NCBI GenBank assembly: GCA_964490395.1
Contig: CAZBAS010000001.1
Span: 19,815 to 83,814 of the forward strand
Direction of reading: 5' to 3'
Source: an uncultured Candidatus Saccharibacteria bacterium
GTDB lineage: Bacteria > Patescibacteriota > Doudnabacteria > UBA920
DNA: 64,000 nt
Numbering within the stretch: position 1 is the first letter of the stretch; each line of letters starts with the position of its first letter. The position numbers and the translations under genes were made by a program. Below are positions 1-9,061 of this stretch, in pieces. Below the pieces are notes generated by a model. The model did no database searches. It saw only the letters and a list, made by a program, of their open reading frames with translations, and was not told where the DNA came from.

Positions 1-936
1 TTCTTGAAAGAAGCACTCAAGGGTAAGCCAGTGGAACAATTTACCGTGCCAAATGGAATCTCTACCGTAACCGTCGACGCAGTGTCCGGCAAACTTCCAA
101 CCGAGTTTACACCACAAACCAAAGAAGAAGTATTTGCAGATTATTCTGTACCAAAAGACTACGACAACGTTCATGTATCTGTACGCGTAGATAGAACCAC
201 TGGACTACCGGCAAACAACCTCACACCACCGGAAAACATAGAAACCCGATCGTACCTGTCTTTCCAAAGCGAACAACCAGACAATGCCAACTGGGAAAGC
301 GCTGTGCAAACCTGGATTGAAAAGATGCAACAGCAGGGCCTCCCCTACATCTCTACAGGAAGCGTACCCACCACCCCCGCAAATACGAGCGGCGGACCAA
401 CCGTAACCATTTCCGAGCCTCGAGACGGTACCATTATTACCCGCTCTCCATTTACTGTTACGGTGCTGAACAGCTCGAATACAACTCTTTCAAAAATAGA
501 CCTACTCATCGACGGGCAGCTTATTGAGAGCAAAAGCAGCGAGCCGTACACATTTACTGTGCAAAAGAAATTTACGGATGGAAGTCGAGTTATTGCCATT
601 CATGCGGTTGACGCAGGTGGCCACAGCTCAGACGTTAGTGTACAGGTGCTCTTTGCAACGAACCAAGCAATAGCCATCACGAGCCCAGTCAAAGATGCTG
701 TAATGAGCGGACCTCTCACGCTCCAAGCTGTAAGCGGAAGTAATTTAGGTACCGCGACGTTCTACGTCAACGACGCACAAGTGGGCACGAGCCTACCCGT
801 AGAGGACACACAAGATGGAACATATGCGTACAGCCTGGTCTGGGATGCGCCAGCTAACGGAAACTATAAAGTTCAAGTAAAAGCTGGAGGAAACAGTAGT
901 GGAAAAATACCATTTACAGTGAACGACGGAAACTAG
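1..936 (+). CDS. 5'-truncated secreted protein. The C-terminal part resembles the tail of a class A penicillin-binding protein and is followed by Ig-like (Big) domains.
   Basis: The ORF is open to the window edge. The segment VPNGISTVTVDAVSGKLP...EEVFADYSVP resembles the post-transpeptidase region of PBP1A. Downstream are Thr/Ser-rich beta-strand repeats, and the gene ends just before a hairpin terminator. Confidence 0.4.
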   Translation, partial: FLKEALKGKPVEQFTVPNGISTVTVDAVSGKLPTEFTPQTKEEVFADYSVPKDYDNVHVSVRVDRTTGLPANNLTPPENIETRSYLSFQSEQPDNANWESAVQTWIEKMQQQGLPYISTGSVPTTPANTSGGPTVTISEPRDGTIITRSPFTVTVLNSSNTTLSKIDLLIDGQLIESKSSEPYTFTVQKKFTDGSRVIAIHAVDAGGHSSDVSVQVLFATNQAIAITSPVKDAVMSGPLTLQAVSGSNLGTATFYVNDAQVGTSLPVEDTQDGTYAYSLVWDAPANGNYKVQVKAGGNSSGKIPFTVNDGN

Positions 937-960
937 CGACAACGCCAAATAGCTCATAAT

Positions 961-986
961 AAAACACGGATTGTATTCCGTGTTTT
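961..986. terminator. Bidirectional rho-independent terminator hairpin (aacacgg-N-ccgtgtt) between convergent genes.
   Basis: Inverted repeat aaaacacggattgtattccgtgtttt with flanking A/T runs. Confidence 0.6.
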
Positions 987-999
987 ATTATGTCCTCAC

Positions 1000-1503
1000 T
1001 TACTCAGCCTCGCCTGTCGGAAATAGCGCTTCCAAGTCTTTAGTATAGTTTATGTCTGTAGTCTTTATAACCCTCACAAATAACTTTTCTGCAAGTTGTT
1101 TTAGTTCCGACTCAAGCTGACTATCGAGCTTATAGGGCGACGCCCAAATACTTGCTTGCCACATCCTAAACCCAAGGGACTTCAGTTTATTTCTTAAAAA
1201 GGTCCGCACACTTCTCTGCCGCTCTGGTATATCGAAAATAACTAGTTTCCACACCCCATCACGTTCAGGACGCTTTGTAGTTAACAACCCTAAGCCATCT
1301 GGGGTTATAGAAACCTGCGTTTTCGCCGGATTACTGTAGATAAGAAAGCCCTGCTGGATAAGACGGAACACGGTATCGTATACACCCTTGCGCCCCTTTT
1401 CTGGTGAAAATTGACTAAAGAGAGCAGTAAGTGTAGACGGACCATCCACGCTCGCAACCTGAGCGAGAAGCTCTACGCTAAATTGTGTATGAGTTCGAGC
1501 CAT
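1000..1503 (-). CDS. PaaX-like transcriptional regulator.
   Basis: The motif WKLVIFDIPERQRSVRTFLRNKLKSLGFRMWQASIWASP matches the PaaX family C-terminal domain signature (WhLv-f-Pe...R..Lr..L...GF..l...vWv.P), with a winged-helix-like N-terminus. Confidence 0.55.
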   Translation of the reverse strand: MARTHTQFSVELLAQVASVDGPSTLTALFSQFSPEKGRKGVYDTVFRLIQQGFLIYSNPAKTQVSITPDGLGLLTTKRPERDGVWKLVIFDIPERQRSVRTFLRNKLKSLGFRMWQASIWASPYKLDSQLESELKQLAEKLFVRVIKTTDINYTKDLEALFPTGEAE

Positions 1504-1564
1504 AGCAAGACTGAATTGAGAATAATGAATTAAGAATTAAAGTAAAATTAGAACCTCGCAAAGA

Positions 1565-2071
1565 CTATTCTTGATTCGTAATTCTCGCTTCTTGATTCTT
1601 CATTTTTATGATTACTTTCCTACGTGGTTCTAAACCGCTACTAGTTGATACGACCTCTGGATACTGCGCTTGTATGAGGGAGTGCACCAGCTTTCGCTCG
1701 TAATTTGGCATGGGCTCAAGCGCAACCGGGCGCGTAGTACGCTTAAGCTGCTCTACAGCGCCGCGTACAATTTCTTTAATGTACCACTCTCGCTTGCGCC
1801 TATAGTCATCCACATCCAAACTAAACCGAACAAACTGCCCCATGGTGCGACGAGCCACAATGGCCTGAGTAATTATTTCTAATGCATGCAAGTGAGCGCC
1901 GCGATGACCAATAAGCAGGTAGGATTCATTCCCAAGGTTAATGTTGAAAACCAAACCTTTAAGAATAGAGTCTTCGGCTTGTACGGTGGCAGCAAAACCC
2001 ATACTCGAAAAGAGTTCGAGGAGGAGCCGCTCTACACTGTCTTTGTATTCCGAAGACGCTTTTGAATCCAT
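1565..2071 (-). CDS. khpB: Jag/KhpB RNA-binding protein (Jag_N, KH, R3H).
   Basis: Position immediately downstream of yidC. R3H-like ERKLVHSLIQ and KH-like GHRGAHLHALEIIT motifs. Confidence 0.8.
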   Translation of the reverse strand: MDSKASSEYKDSVERLLLELFSSMGFAATVQAEDSILKGLVFNINLGNESYLLIGHRGAHLHALEIITQAIVARRTMGQFVRFSLDVDDYRRKREWYIKEIVRGAVEQLKRTTRPVALEPMPNYERKLVHSLIQAQYPEVVSTSSGLEPRRKVIIKMKNQEARITNQE

Positions 2072-2080
2072 ACGTAAAGG

Positions 2081-2782
2081 TTAAGAAGCTTTCTCAGATT
2101 TTTTCATTATATAGTATTGCTGTGCTATAGCAAACAATGTCGTCACCACCCAGTACAAAGGCAGGCCCGCCGGTAAGCGCCACGCAATAAAAATGCTGAC
2201 AAGTGGAAGCAAATAGGTGGTTTGCATTTGTATGGCCTTTGCCGTTGCGTCAGTCGAAGTACTGGTGTTTTTTGCTTGCATCATCCGCGCCTGCCAGAAC
2301 TGCAATCCACCCGCCAATACTGCTAATACAATGTTTGGCTTGGCAAGATTGATAAAACCTAAGAAGTACGGGTTTATGGTGCCGGGATTAAACACGGTGT
2401 GGTATAGGCCGCTCAGATTACCGTTTAGCGCAGTGCGGAACACTTGATATAAGGCAATGAGTATTGGCAACTGGATGAGCAACGGAAGACAAGAGCTAAA
2501 GGGGTTTACATTATGCTCTTTATATAAAGCCATTACCGCTTTTGCCTGCGCCTCTTTGTCGTCTTTATGCTTAGCCTTCACCTCATCAAGCTTTGGCTGA
2601 AGCGAGGTCATGGCGTGCTGACTCTTTATCTGCTTATGCATGGTAGGCGCGAGCACCAATCGAACCAGCACAGTCAGGATGATAATAACTATACCCACAT
2701 CATGGCCAGGTATAGAATTATAGCCCCACACGAGTAAGTTGAGGAGTGGTTGGTAAATAATTTGATGATAGAGTGCGAGCAT
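2081..2782 (-). CDS. yidC: Membrane protein insertase YidC/Oxa1 (short Gram-positive-type form).
   Basis: Multi-TM protein with the conserved YidC core (LPLLIQLPILIALYQVFR...) in the rnpA-yidD-yidC synteny. Confidence 0.85.
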   Translation of the reverse strand: MLALYHQIIYQPLLNLLVWGYNSIPGHDVGIVIIILTVLVRLVLAPTMHKQIKSQHAMTSLQPKLDEVKAKHKDDKEAQAKAVMALYKEHNVNPFSSCLPLLIQLPILIALYQVFRTALNGNLSGLYHTVFNPGTINPYFLGFINLAKPNIVLAVLAGGLQFWQARMMQAKNTSTSTDATAKAIQMQTTYLLPLVSIFIAWRLPAGLPLYWVVTTLFAIAQQYYIMKKSEKAS

Positions 2783-2788
2783 GGAGAT

Positions 2789-2855
2789 AGAATTATGAAT
2801 TAAGAATCAAGAATTATGTGTAAAATCATAATTCTTAATTCCATATTCTTAATTC
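2789..2855. repeat. AT-rich imperfect inverted repeat (gaattatgaattaagaatcaagaattatg ... cataattcttaattccatattcttaattc) in the yidD-yidC intergenic region.
   Basis: ~29-nt arms with an 8-nt spacer, visible directly. Member of a recurrent gaattaagaat/attcttaattc element family (see 26890..26945). Confidence 0.6.
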
Positions 2856-3127
2856 GGCATTTCAACCTTGGGCTGGGCGAATGGATTACAGCGAACAACC
2901 CGGTACAGCCCCAGATACACACCCTTTATTACACCATGATGCAAAATGGACACTCGAGTATATTCACTACAACTAGGATAATAAGGGCAAAACCCATAGG
3001 GAAAACGGCCCCGGAACACACCGTGGTCAGGAGAGAGAGTTTTCTGATATAGGCTGATTAACGCACTGAGTAAGTACTTCATATAACAAAATATGGAACT
3101 TTTGAGTTCCATTGCATTATACAGCAC
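2849..3127 (-). CDS. yidD: Membrane protein insertion efficiency factor YidD.
   Basis: Conserved Cys motifs (CRFxPSCSxY-like: FCPYYPSCSEYTRVSI) and position between rnpA and yidC. Confidence 0.8.
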   Translation of the reverse strand: MLYNAMELKSSIFCYMKYLLSALISLYQKTLSPDHGVFRGRFPYGFCPYYPSCSEYTRVSILHHGVIKGVYLGLYRVVRCNPFAQPKVEMPN

Positions 3128-3142
3128 TCCCGAGCAACTATG

Positions 3143-3487
3143 CTATAGGAGGAATTTGTTGCGCGCGAGCGCGTCTTGCAAGGCAGTTCGCACCTCAGCC
3201 GGAGTTGTCTTAGCAATCCCAGGACGAACTATAATCATATAGTCGCCACAAACAAGACCAGCCAGACGAAGCCGAAGATACTCTCGAATTATCCGCTTAA
3301 TGCGATTGCGCGTAACAGCCTGCTTAGCCACTTTAGTGGAAACGACCACCGTAAAACGGGACACACCAGCTTGCTGCCTAGATTTTAAAAACTTTATAGT
3401 AAAAAGTGGGGTAAAAAAAGTCCGCCCCGCTCGATAGGCGGTTTGTACATCCCTATCTTTAGCGAGGCGATTTTGCTTTGCAAACAT
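3143..3487 (-). CDS. rnpA: Ribonuclease P protein component.
   Basis: 114-aa basic protein with the RnpA signature (KRIIREYLR, RNRIKR) directly downstream of rpmH. Confidence 0.85.
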   Translation of the reverse strand: MFAKQNRLAKDRDVQTAYRAGRTFFTPLFTIKFLKSRQQAGVSRFTVVVSTKVAKQAVTRNRIKRIIREYLRLRLAGLVCGDYMIIVRPGIAKTTPAEVRTALQDALARNKFLL

Positions 3488-3579
3488 TCGTTAGTTTATA
3501 AAGTTTATAAAGTAGAAAGTTTATAAAGTAACGGATTTAGCTTTATGAACTTTACAAACTTTAAGAACTTGATACTTAT

Positions 3580-3717
3580 TTAGGCTACAGTAAGCCGTTT
3601 TCGACCCTTGGCGCGACGACTTGCGAGTACATTTTGACCTGCTCGTGTCTGCATGCGCTTGAGAAAACCGTGAACTCGTAGGCGTCTTCGGACTTTTGGT
3701 TGATAGGTTCGCTTCAT
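3580..3717 (-). CDS. rpmH: 50S ribosomal protein L34.
   Basis: Hand translation of the minus strand gives [45 protein letters not shown] (45 aa). This is a near-consensus L34. It is absent from the ORF track because it is shorter than 60 aa. Confidence 0.9.
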   Translation of the reverse strand: MKRTYQPKVRRRLRVHGFLKRMQTRAGQNVLASRRAKGRKRLTVA

Positions 3718-3896
3718 GATAAACAGTACATATTAATTGCGGACCCGCAAAGCAGGCCTAAAACTTCGCCAAGCATTGCTGGAAAGTAGAAAAACTATAC
3801 ATAGTATAAGGAAAACATACCCATTTCGTCAACTCCCCCATGGAGATGCCTTATATAGTTGTATAATGGATAAGGAGTGTATATTTTACGAACACC

Positions 3897-4274
3897 ATGA
3901 AGATAACAACATCAACCGGAACGCTCGTACTGCTACTTGCAGTGTCCATTGCGCTTATGCCCACCATTTCAGCCCTGGATAAATTCAATGCAGAGATAGT
4001 TCCCCCCGTAGGGACAGTTGCAGGTATTGCCATTGGAGGCGTTATTGAGCCAACCCCCACAAACACCCTCTATGCAGAATTGCAAAACGAGAAAACTGTC
4101 CTCGACAGCAGAACCAAAGAGCTGGACGCCAAGGAGCGATACCTTAATGCTGCAAATCAGCATAAAACCTACATACTCGAATTCGCCGTTGCTATACTAT
4201 TTTGCTTAGTTTTAATAAATTTCTATTTTGATATACGCAGAACAAAAAAGGAAGTCACACAAATCAATACATGA
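3897..4274 (+). CDS. Small bitopic membrane protein (N-terminal signal/TM, coiled-coil, C-terminal TM).
   Basis: Hydrophobic N- and C-terminal segments. Overlaps the next gene by 4 nt (atga), so it is first in an operon of surface-protein genes. Confidence 0.5.
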   Translation: MKITTSTGTLVLLLAVSIALMPTISALDKFNAEIVPPVGTVAGIAIGGVIEPTPTNTLYAELQNEKTVLDSRTKELDAKERYLNAANQHKTYILEFAVAILFCLVLINFYFDIRRTKKEVTQINT

Positions 4275-5794
4275 AGTACACTAAAAAAATATCCCTACTA
4301 CTCCTAACCGCTTTGCTGTGGCATCTCTGCACACCCTTGCACACAGCCATAGCCGCGCAGGAACTACTCAACAGAAAAGACACGTTGGGCAGTTCAATCA
4401 TAGACACTGCATCAAGTCACGACATACTGTTCACCACAACCACAACCATACCTGCTTCGGGTAAAATTGTATTTACGCTTACGCCCGGACAATTCACCAC
4501 TCCCCCTAGTATGAGCGAGAGCGATGTAGATGTTTTAGTAAATGGCGTAAATAAAAACATCGGAAGCACGCCAGGTTTAGGCGCGGGGAGCAATTTGGGC
4601 GTTGTGGTAACAACTGGGACAAGCGGATCCATCACCATCACCCTCAACGACACAGATGCCATAAGTAGCGGCAGTACAGTTGAGATTAAAACTGGCAATA
4701 TTGCAAACTTTCAGACCGGAGGAGTATTTAACATAATAAACCCTTCCACAATTGGGTCTTACCTTGTTACATTGACCACCTACTCCCCAGCTCTAGCAGT
4801 TCTAGACCAAAGTGGCATTGGCCTAGCCACTTCTGTCCCCGTAGGGATAATGGGAAGTAACATAGTAGAAACCCCTACTTTCAATCCTGCAAGCGGCACC
4901 TATACGAACCCAATCACCGCTTCCATACTCTCTACACCAGGAACAACTATCTACTACACCCTAGACGCAACAACGCCCACTACAAGCAGTCAAATATATA
5001 CAGGACCTTTATCCATAACTACATCTACCATTATTAATGCAATTGCTACTGCCCCGGGAATGTCTGACAGCGCCGTAGGCACAGCGAGCTATATAATTAG
5101 CAACGGCCAAACAAATACTGGTGGTGGTGGCGGCGGAGGTGGCGGTGGTGGAGTTGTGTACACCCCACCACCGGGTGAAACACCCATACAAGGGAACAGC
5201 GGCGGTACCCTTTCGACTCAGTGTGGTAATGGTGCGCGACTCACCCTCGTTGTGCCACCCCACGCCTTCGAAGGAGAGCAGTTCATAATTATTTCTTGTA
5301 TGGCATGGAGCACCTTTCCCATTAAGACCGGAGCACCAAAGGGCGACGCACTAGCAGATACTATTTTTGGGATTACCGTCCGCGATGTATACGGTACCTT
5401 GTCTACGAGCCCAAAAATTCCACTTTCCGCAACCATTGAGTATACACAAGGGCAAAGCTCCCAATATGCAGCACCTTTTGTGGCAACGCAGTACACCATA
5501 GGAGGCGTGTGGACGGTATTACCTACCCCCTCTGCACAGAACAATAACCAACAATTCGCCCTACAACTACCTACCGTTGGCCCCGTAGCCGTGCTCGCTA
5601 CGAAAGAACCACGCAACCAATGCAGTACAATCCCCGCTGACCTTAATTGTGACGGCCGAGTCAACCTTACCGATCTAAGTATTTTGCTCTATTATTGGCA
5701 ACAAAAAGGCGCTGGAATAAAAGCTGATATTAACAAAGATGGTATAGTTAATCTAATAGACTTCAGCGTAATGCTCTATTGGTGGACAAATTAG
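4271..5794 (+). CDS. Secreted protein with a C-terminal dockerin-like module and a chitobiase/Fn3-like domain.
   Basis: Signal peptide. Segment TIYYTLDATTPTTSSQIYTGPLSITTSTIINAIATAPGMSDS (CHB_HEX_C-like). Gly11 tract. C-terminal duplicated Ca-binding segments DLNCDGRVNLTDLSILLYYW and DINKDGIVNLIDFSVMLYWW, typical of dockerin type I. Confidence 0.65.
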   Translation: MKYTKKISLLLLTALLWHLCTPLHTAIAAQELLNRKDTLGSSIIDTASSHDILFTTTTTIPASGKIVFTLTPGQFTTPPSMSESDVDVLVNGVNKNIGSTPGLGAGSNLGVVVTTGTSGSITITLNDTDAISSGSTVEIKTGNIANFQTGGVFNIINPSTIGSYLVTLTTYSPALAVLDQSGIGLATSVPVGIMGSNIVETPTFNPASGTYTNPITASILSTPGTTIYYTLDATTPTTSSQIYTGPLSITTSTIINAIATAPGMSDSAVGTASYIISNGQTNTGGGGGGGGGGGVVYTPPPGETPIQGNSGGTLSTQCGNGARLTLVVPPHAFEGEQFIIISCMAWSTFPIKTGAPKGDALADTIFGITVRDVYGTLSTSPKIPLSATIEYTQGQSSQYAAPFVATQYTIGGVWTVLPTPSAQNNNQQFALQLPTVGPVAVLATKEPRNQCSTIPADLNCDGRVNLTDLSILLYYWQQKGAGIKADINKDGIVNLIDFSVMLYWWTN

Positions 5795-5798
5795 CCAC

Positions 5799-6761
5799 AT
5801 GAATACACATTATTTAAAATTTTTCTTAGCAACCGCCCTACTTGTTTTTACAGGAACACCCGCTGTATCCAGGGCAGCCAACACCAACATTAGCCTTTCC
5901 AGCCCCCACACCGCAAGCGTTGGTCAGAGCATTCGTATACGCGTACTAGTTTCAAGCGACCAAAGCCTTAACGCGGCACAGGGCACAGTACAATACCCAA
6001 AAGAATTTCTTTCGGTAACGGGCATCGCAACAGGAAAATCAATTATAAAATATTGGCAACAAGAGCCAAATAACGACCCGGGCACCGGCACCATAAGTTT
6101 TACGGGAGGATTGCCAAACCCTGGGTATACAGGCACGGGAGGCACTGTTTTCGACATTACCGCACGAGCGCTTGCTGAAGGAAAAGCAACGGTTGTGTTT
6201 GGAGAAAACACTCAAATTCTAGCAAATGATGGCAACGGTAGCGTGCTCGACACCAGTAAACAAGGCGCGACCATACAAATTACAAAAGCCACTACACCCG
6301 ACCAGGAAACAACACCACCAGCCGAACCCGCAAAAGATACAACACCCCCTACCGACCTAGAACTTCTCATAGGGCACGATGGAAATTTATTTAACGGGGA
6401 CTGGTTCGCGGTCTTTCAAGCAACCGACACTGAAAGTGGCATCGACCACTATGAAATAGCAGAGACCTCACAAAAAACGCCATACCCTGTTGACAATGAG
6501 TGGATAAAAGCAACAAGCCCGTACCGCCTACAAGAGCAAGTTAAGAATACTAAAATATTTTTTAAGGCTGTAGACAAAGCAGGAAACCAGTCCATAATTA
6601 GCCACGATCACATTGTAAAGCCACCCCTTTTGCAAATGATTACTACCCAAACCGATTGGAGATTTCTTGTAATTCTGGCTATCCTCCTCTTACTCGCCGT
6701 CGTACTACCCATATTTGTCTACAACAGAAAAAAACAACAAGCGGGCACTGTACAAAAGTAG
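5799..6761 (+). CDS. Cohesin-like domain protein with a C-terminal TM anchor.
   Basis: Signal peptide, then a ~140-aa region with cohesin-like strand pattern (GQSIRIRVLVSS...GTVQYPKEFLSVTGI...GTVFDITARALAEGKATVVFGE). Ends with the hydrophobic stretch LVILAILLLLAVVLPIFVY plus a basic tail. Immediately follows the dockerin gene. Confidence 0.55.
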   Translation: MNTHYLKFFLATALLVFTGTPAVSRAANTNISLSSPHTASVGQSIRIRVLVSSDQSLNAAQGTVQYPKEFLSVTGIATGKSIIKYWQQEPNNDPGTGTISFTGGLPNPGYTGTGGTVFDITARALAEGKATVVFGENTQILANDGNGSVLDTSKQGATIQITKATTPDQETTPPAEPAKDTTPPTDLELLIGHDGNLFNGDWFAVFQATDTESGIDHYEIAETSQKTPYPVDNEWIKATSPYRLQEQVKNTKIFFKAVDKAGNQSIISHDHIVKPPLLQMITTQTDWRFLVILAILLLLAVVLPIFVYNRKKQQAGTVQK

Positions 6762-6827
6762 AAAAATGTGATATTATTATTTCATAAAATATTTTTTGTC
6801 AGTTAAGAAATAAAAAGTAAACGTGTT

Positions 6828-7955
6828 ATGGCAAACCGACTAGCCTTCTACTTGAAAAAGAAGTTTAAAAATACAACCAGCAAAGCTCTTGTCGCCACAC
6901 TAGTGCTCAGCACAATTCTTTTTGGTGCCAATACAGCCAATGCAGCTCAAATTACTTCATTCTCAGATACGCTCACAAGGCTCAAAGCAAGCACGGCAGC
7001 AGACCACACCATATTCTTGGTCAGTCCTAGTGGTATTGCAGCAGGCCAAAGCATGACACTTACTTTTGGAGCAGCCTTTACTACAAGCTCAATAGTTCTT
7101 GCAGATATCGACTTTGCTACGGGAAACAGTGGTACTTGTACGAGTGCCACCTATACTGAGCAAACCCTAGCAGCTTCCCCTTCTGGTGCTACTTGGGGTG
7201 TTACCTTTTCAAGCTCAGTGTTAACCCTCACCTCAGGAACAGGCACCTCAACGGCTGGTAACTGCATGCGCTTCAGAATAGGGACAAACGCTGTAACTGG
7301 CAGCTCTGGTACCCATCAAATCACAAATGGTACAGCTGGCGCCACAACCGCAACGGTAGTAGCGAACATAAACTCAAGCACCGATACGGGTACACTGTTT
7401 ATTCCAATCATCACCAACGACCAAGTAACTATTAGCGCTACGGTTGACCCGACTATTTCTTTTAGCATAAACAACACCTCTGTTAGTTTCGGTTCTCTTT
7501 CTTCATCTACAGGCCGCTGGGCTACTACCGGTGGTGGCGCAAACGCCTCAGCTGCAACAGACCCTACCGCGGCCAACACTGCTCATACCTTAACTATAGG
7601 AACAAACGCCACCAGTGGATATACAGTTACCTACAACGGAGCCTTGCTTACAAGCGGTGCAAATACTATAGCAGCGGCTACAATCACTGGGGATAGCGAC
7701 GGAACACAAAACTCAAACCAATTTGGGCTCTGCGGTAAGGGCACCTCCGGTAGTCCAACAGTTGCCTCTGGCTATGTATGCAGTACCAACAGTGACTACA
7801 ACTTTGTCGCAAACACAACTACCACCCTTGCCAGCGCAACGGCCCCAGCCAGCAGCGACGTAGTAAGCGTAGCGTATTTGGCCAACATCGCGAGCTCGAA
7901 GCAAGCTGGTACATATACCACCACCCTGACCTACGTCGCCACCGGTAATTTCTAA
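6828..7955 (+). CDS. Secreted Thr/Ser-rich beta-sandwich protein with a WxL-like / SCPU-like C-terminal domain.
   Basis: Signal peptide. C-terminal ~170 aa has the pattern VTISATVDPTISFSI..SVSFGSL...HTLTIGTNATSGYTVTY....AGTYTTTLTYVATGNF*. Paralogous to 9062..10156. Confidence 0.5.
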   Translation: MANRLAFYLKKKFKNTTSKALVATLVLSTILFGANTANAAQITSFSDTLTRLKASTAADHTIFLVSPSGIAAGQSMTLTFGAAFTTSSIVLADIDFATGNSGTCTSATYTEQTLAASPSGATWGVTFSSSVLTLTSGTGTSTAGNCMRFRIGTNAVTGSSGTHQITNGTAGATTATVVANINSSTDTGTLFIPIITNDQVTISATVDPTISFSINNTSVSFGSLSSSTGRWATTGGGANASAATDPTAANTAHTLTIGTNATSGYTVTYNGALLTSGANTIAAATITGDSDGTQNSNQFGLCGKGTSGSPTVASGYVCSTNSDYNFVANTTTTLASATAPASSDVVSVAYLANIASSKQAGTYTTTLTYVATGNF

Positions 7956-7968
7956 ACGTTTTACCACC

Positions 7969-8997
7969 TTGTCTAGCATTCGCTTCATATATAAGCTTTT
8001 TACTATCAGCACTCTGTTGCTGATAGTTTTTATTACCTACCCGCAGCACGCCAGGGCAACCACCATTTCACCAGTAAAACTCGAGCTAGCGGCAAACCCT
8101 GGAGAGACAATTCAAGGGTCAATCAAGGTAATAAATGAAACCCAAAGCTCCGAGGTACTCTACACTGCAACATTAAACTTTGAGCCAAAGGGTGATGAAA
8201 GTGGTGAACCAAATTTCGTACCAACCAAAGACGGCCTAGCGGCTTGGGTAAAAACTGATTATTCCATCACCCTGGGACAAAAAGAGCAAAAAAACCTGCC
8301 TTTTATCATCCAAATTCCCATGGGAACTGAACCGGGGGGATATTTTGGGGCCATTTTTACTTCTACAACACCGCCAAAAGAAAATGGTAGCGGTGGGGTA
8401 ATGCTCACAGAACGGGTCGGATCCCTTGTGTTATTGCGTGTAAACGGAGCACTCGCCGATTCCGGAGATATATTAGAATTCGGTACAAAAGATAAAAAGT
8501 TTTGGCATACCACCCTGCCCATTACTTTCTACTACCGATTTCAAAATAGCGGCCTAGATCGCGTTAGACCGCTCGGCGATATTCTCATAAAAAATTGGGT
8601 TGGACGTACCTCAAAAATAGTCCCCGCCAATCCAGAGGGCGGAAACGTGCTACCTAAAAGTATACGCAGGTTTGAATCGAAATGGATTAACCTATGGGGC
8701 AAGGCAAACAAAGAGGATATTGCCCAATTCCCAACCCCGCCAGAACAGGGCTTCTGGAAAAAAGTGTCGTACGAAGCAAAATATTTTGCCTGGGGTCGCT
8801 ACAAAATTCAGCTCAACCTTGCATATGGTTTCACGGAATTCCACTCAACCAGCGCCACCACAACAATTTTTGTCTTCCCGTGGCACCTCACACTCGTAAG
8901 TACACTTGCCGCAATTACATTATTCTTCATACTACGCTTCGCAATACGTAGATACAATCGCTGGATAATAAAAAAGGCAACCAAGAAAACAAAGTAA
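7969..8997 (+). CDS. DUF916/DUF3324-like (CscA-like) cell-surface protein with a C-terminal TM anchor.
   Basis: Signal peptide, ~300-aa extracellular domain (PVKLELAANPGETIQGSIKV...EPGGYFGAIFTSTTPP...), and C-terminal TM plus basic tail (ITLFFILRFAIRRYNRWIIKK). Paralogous to 10161..11123 and 11120..12097. Confidence 0.5.
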   Translation: MSSIRFIYKLFTISTLLLIVFITYPQHARATTISPVKLELAANPGETIQGSIKVINETQSSEVLYTATLNFEPKGDESGEPNFVPTKDGLAAWVKTDYSITLGQKEQKNLPFIIQIPMGTEPGGYFGAIFTSTTPPKENGSGGVMLTERVGSLVLLRVNGALADSGDILEFGTKDKKFWHTTLPITFYYRFQNSGLDRVRPLGDILIKNWVGRTSKIVPANPEGGNVLPKSIRRFESKWINLWGKANKEDIAQFPTPPEQGFWKKVSYEAKYFAWGRYKIQLNLAYGFTEFHSTSATTTIFVFPWHLTLVSTLAAITLFFILRFAIRRYNRWIIKKATKKTK

Positions 8998-9007
8998 CTA
9001 TATAAAT

Positions 9008-9038
9008 AACACCCTTGTCTGAGCTGGGGTGTTTTTTA
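9008..9038 (+). terminator. Rho-independent terminator.
   Basis: Hairpin aacaccc-ttgtctgagctg-gggtgtt followed by a T run. Confidence 0.55.
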
Positions 9039-9061
9039 TATATCCGTGATAAAATGATTAC

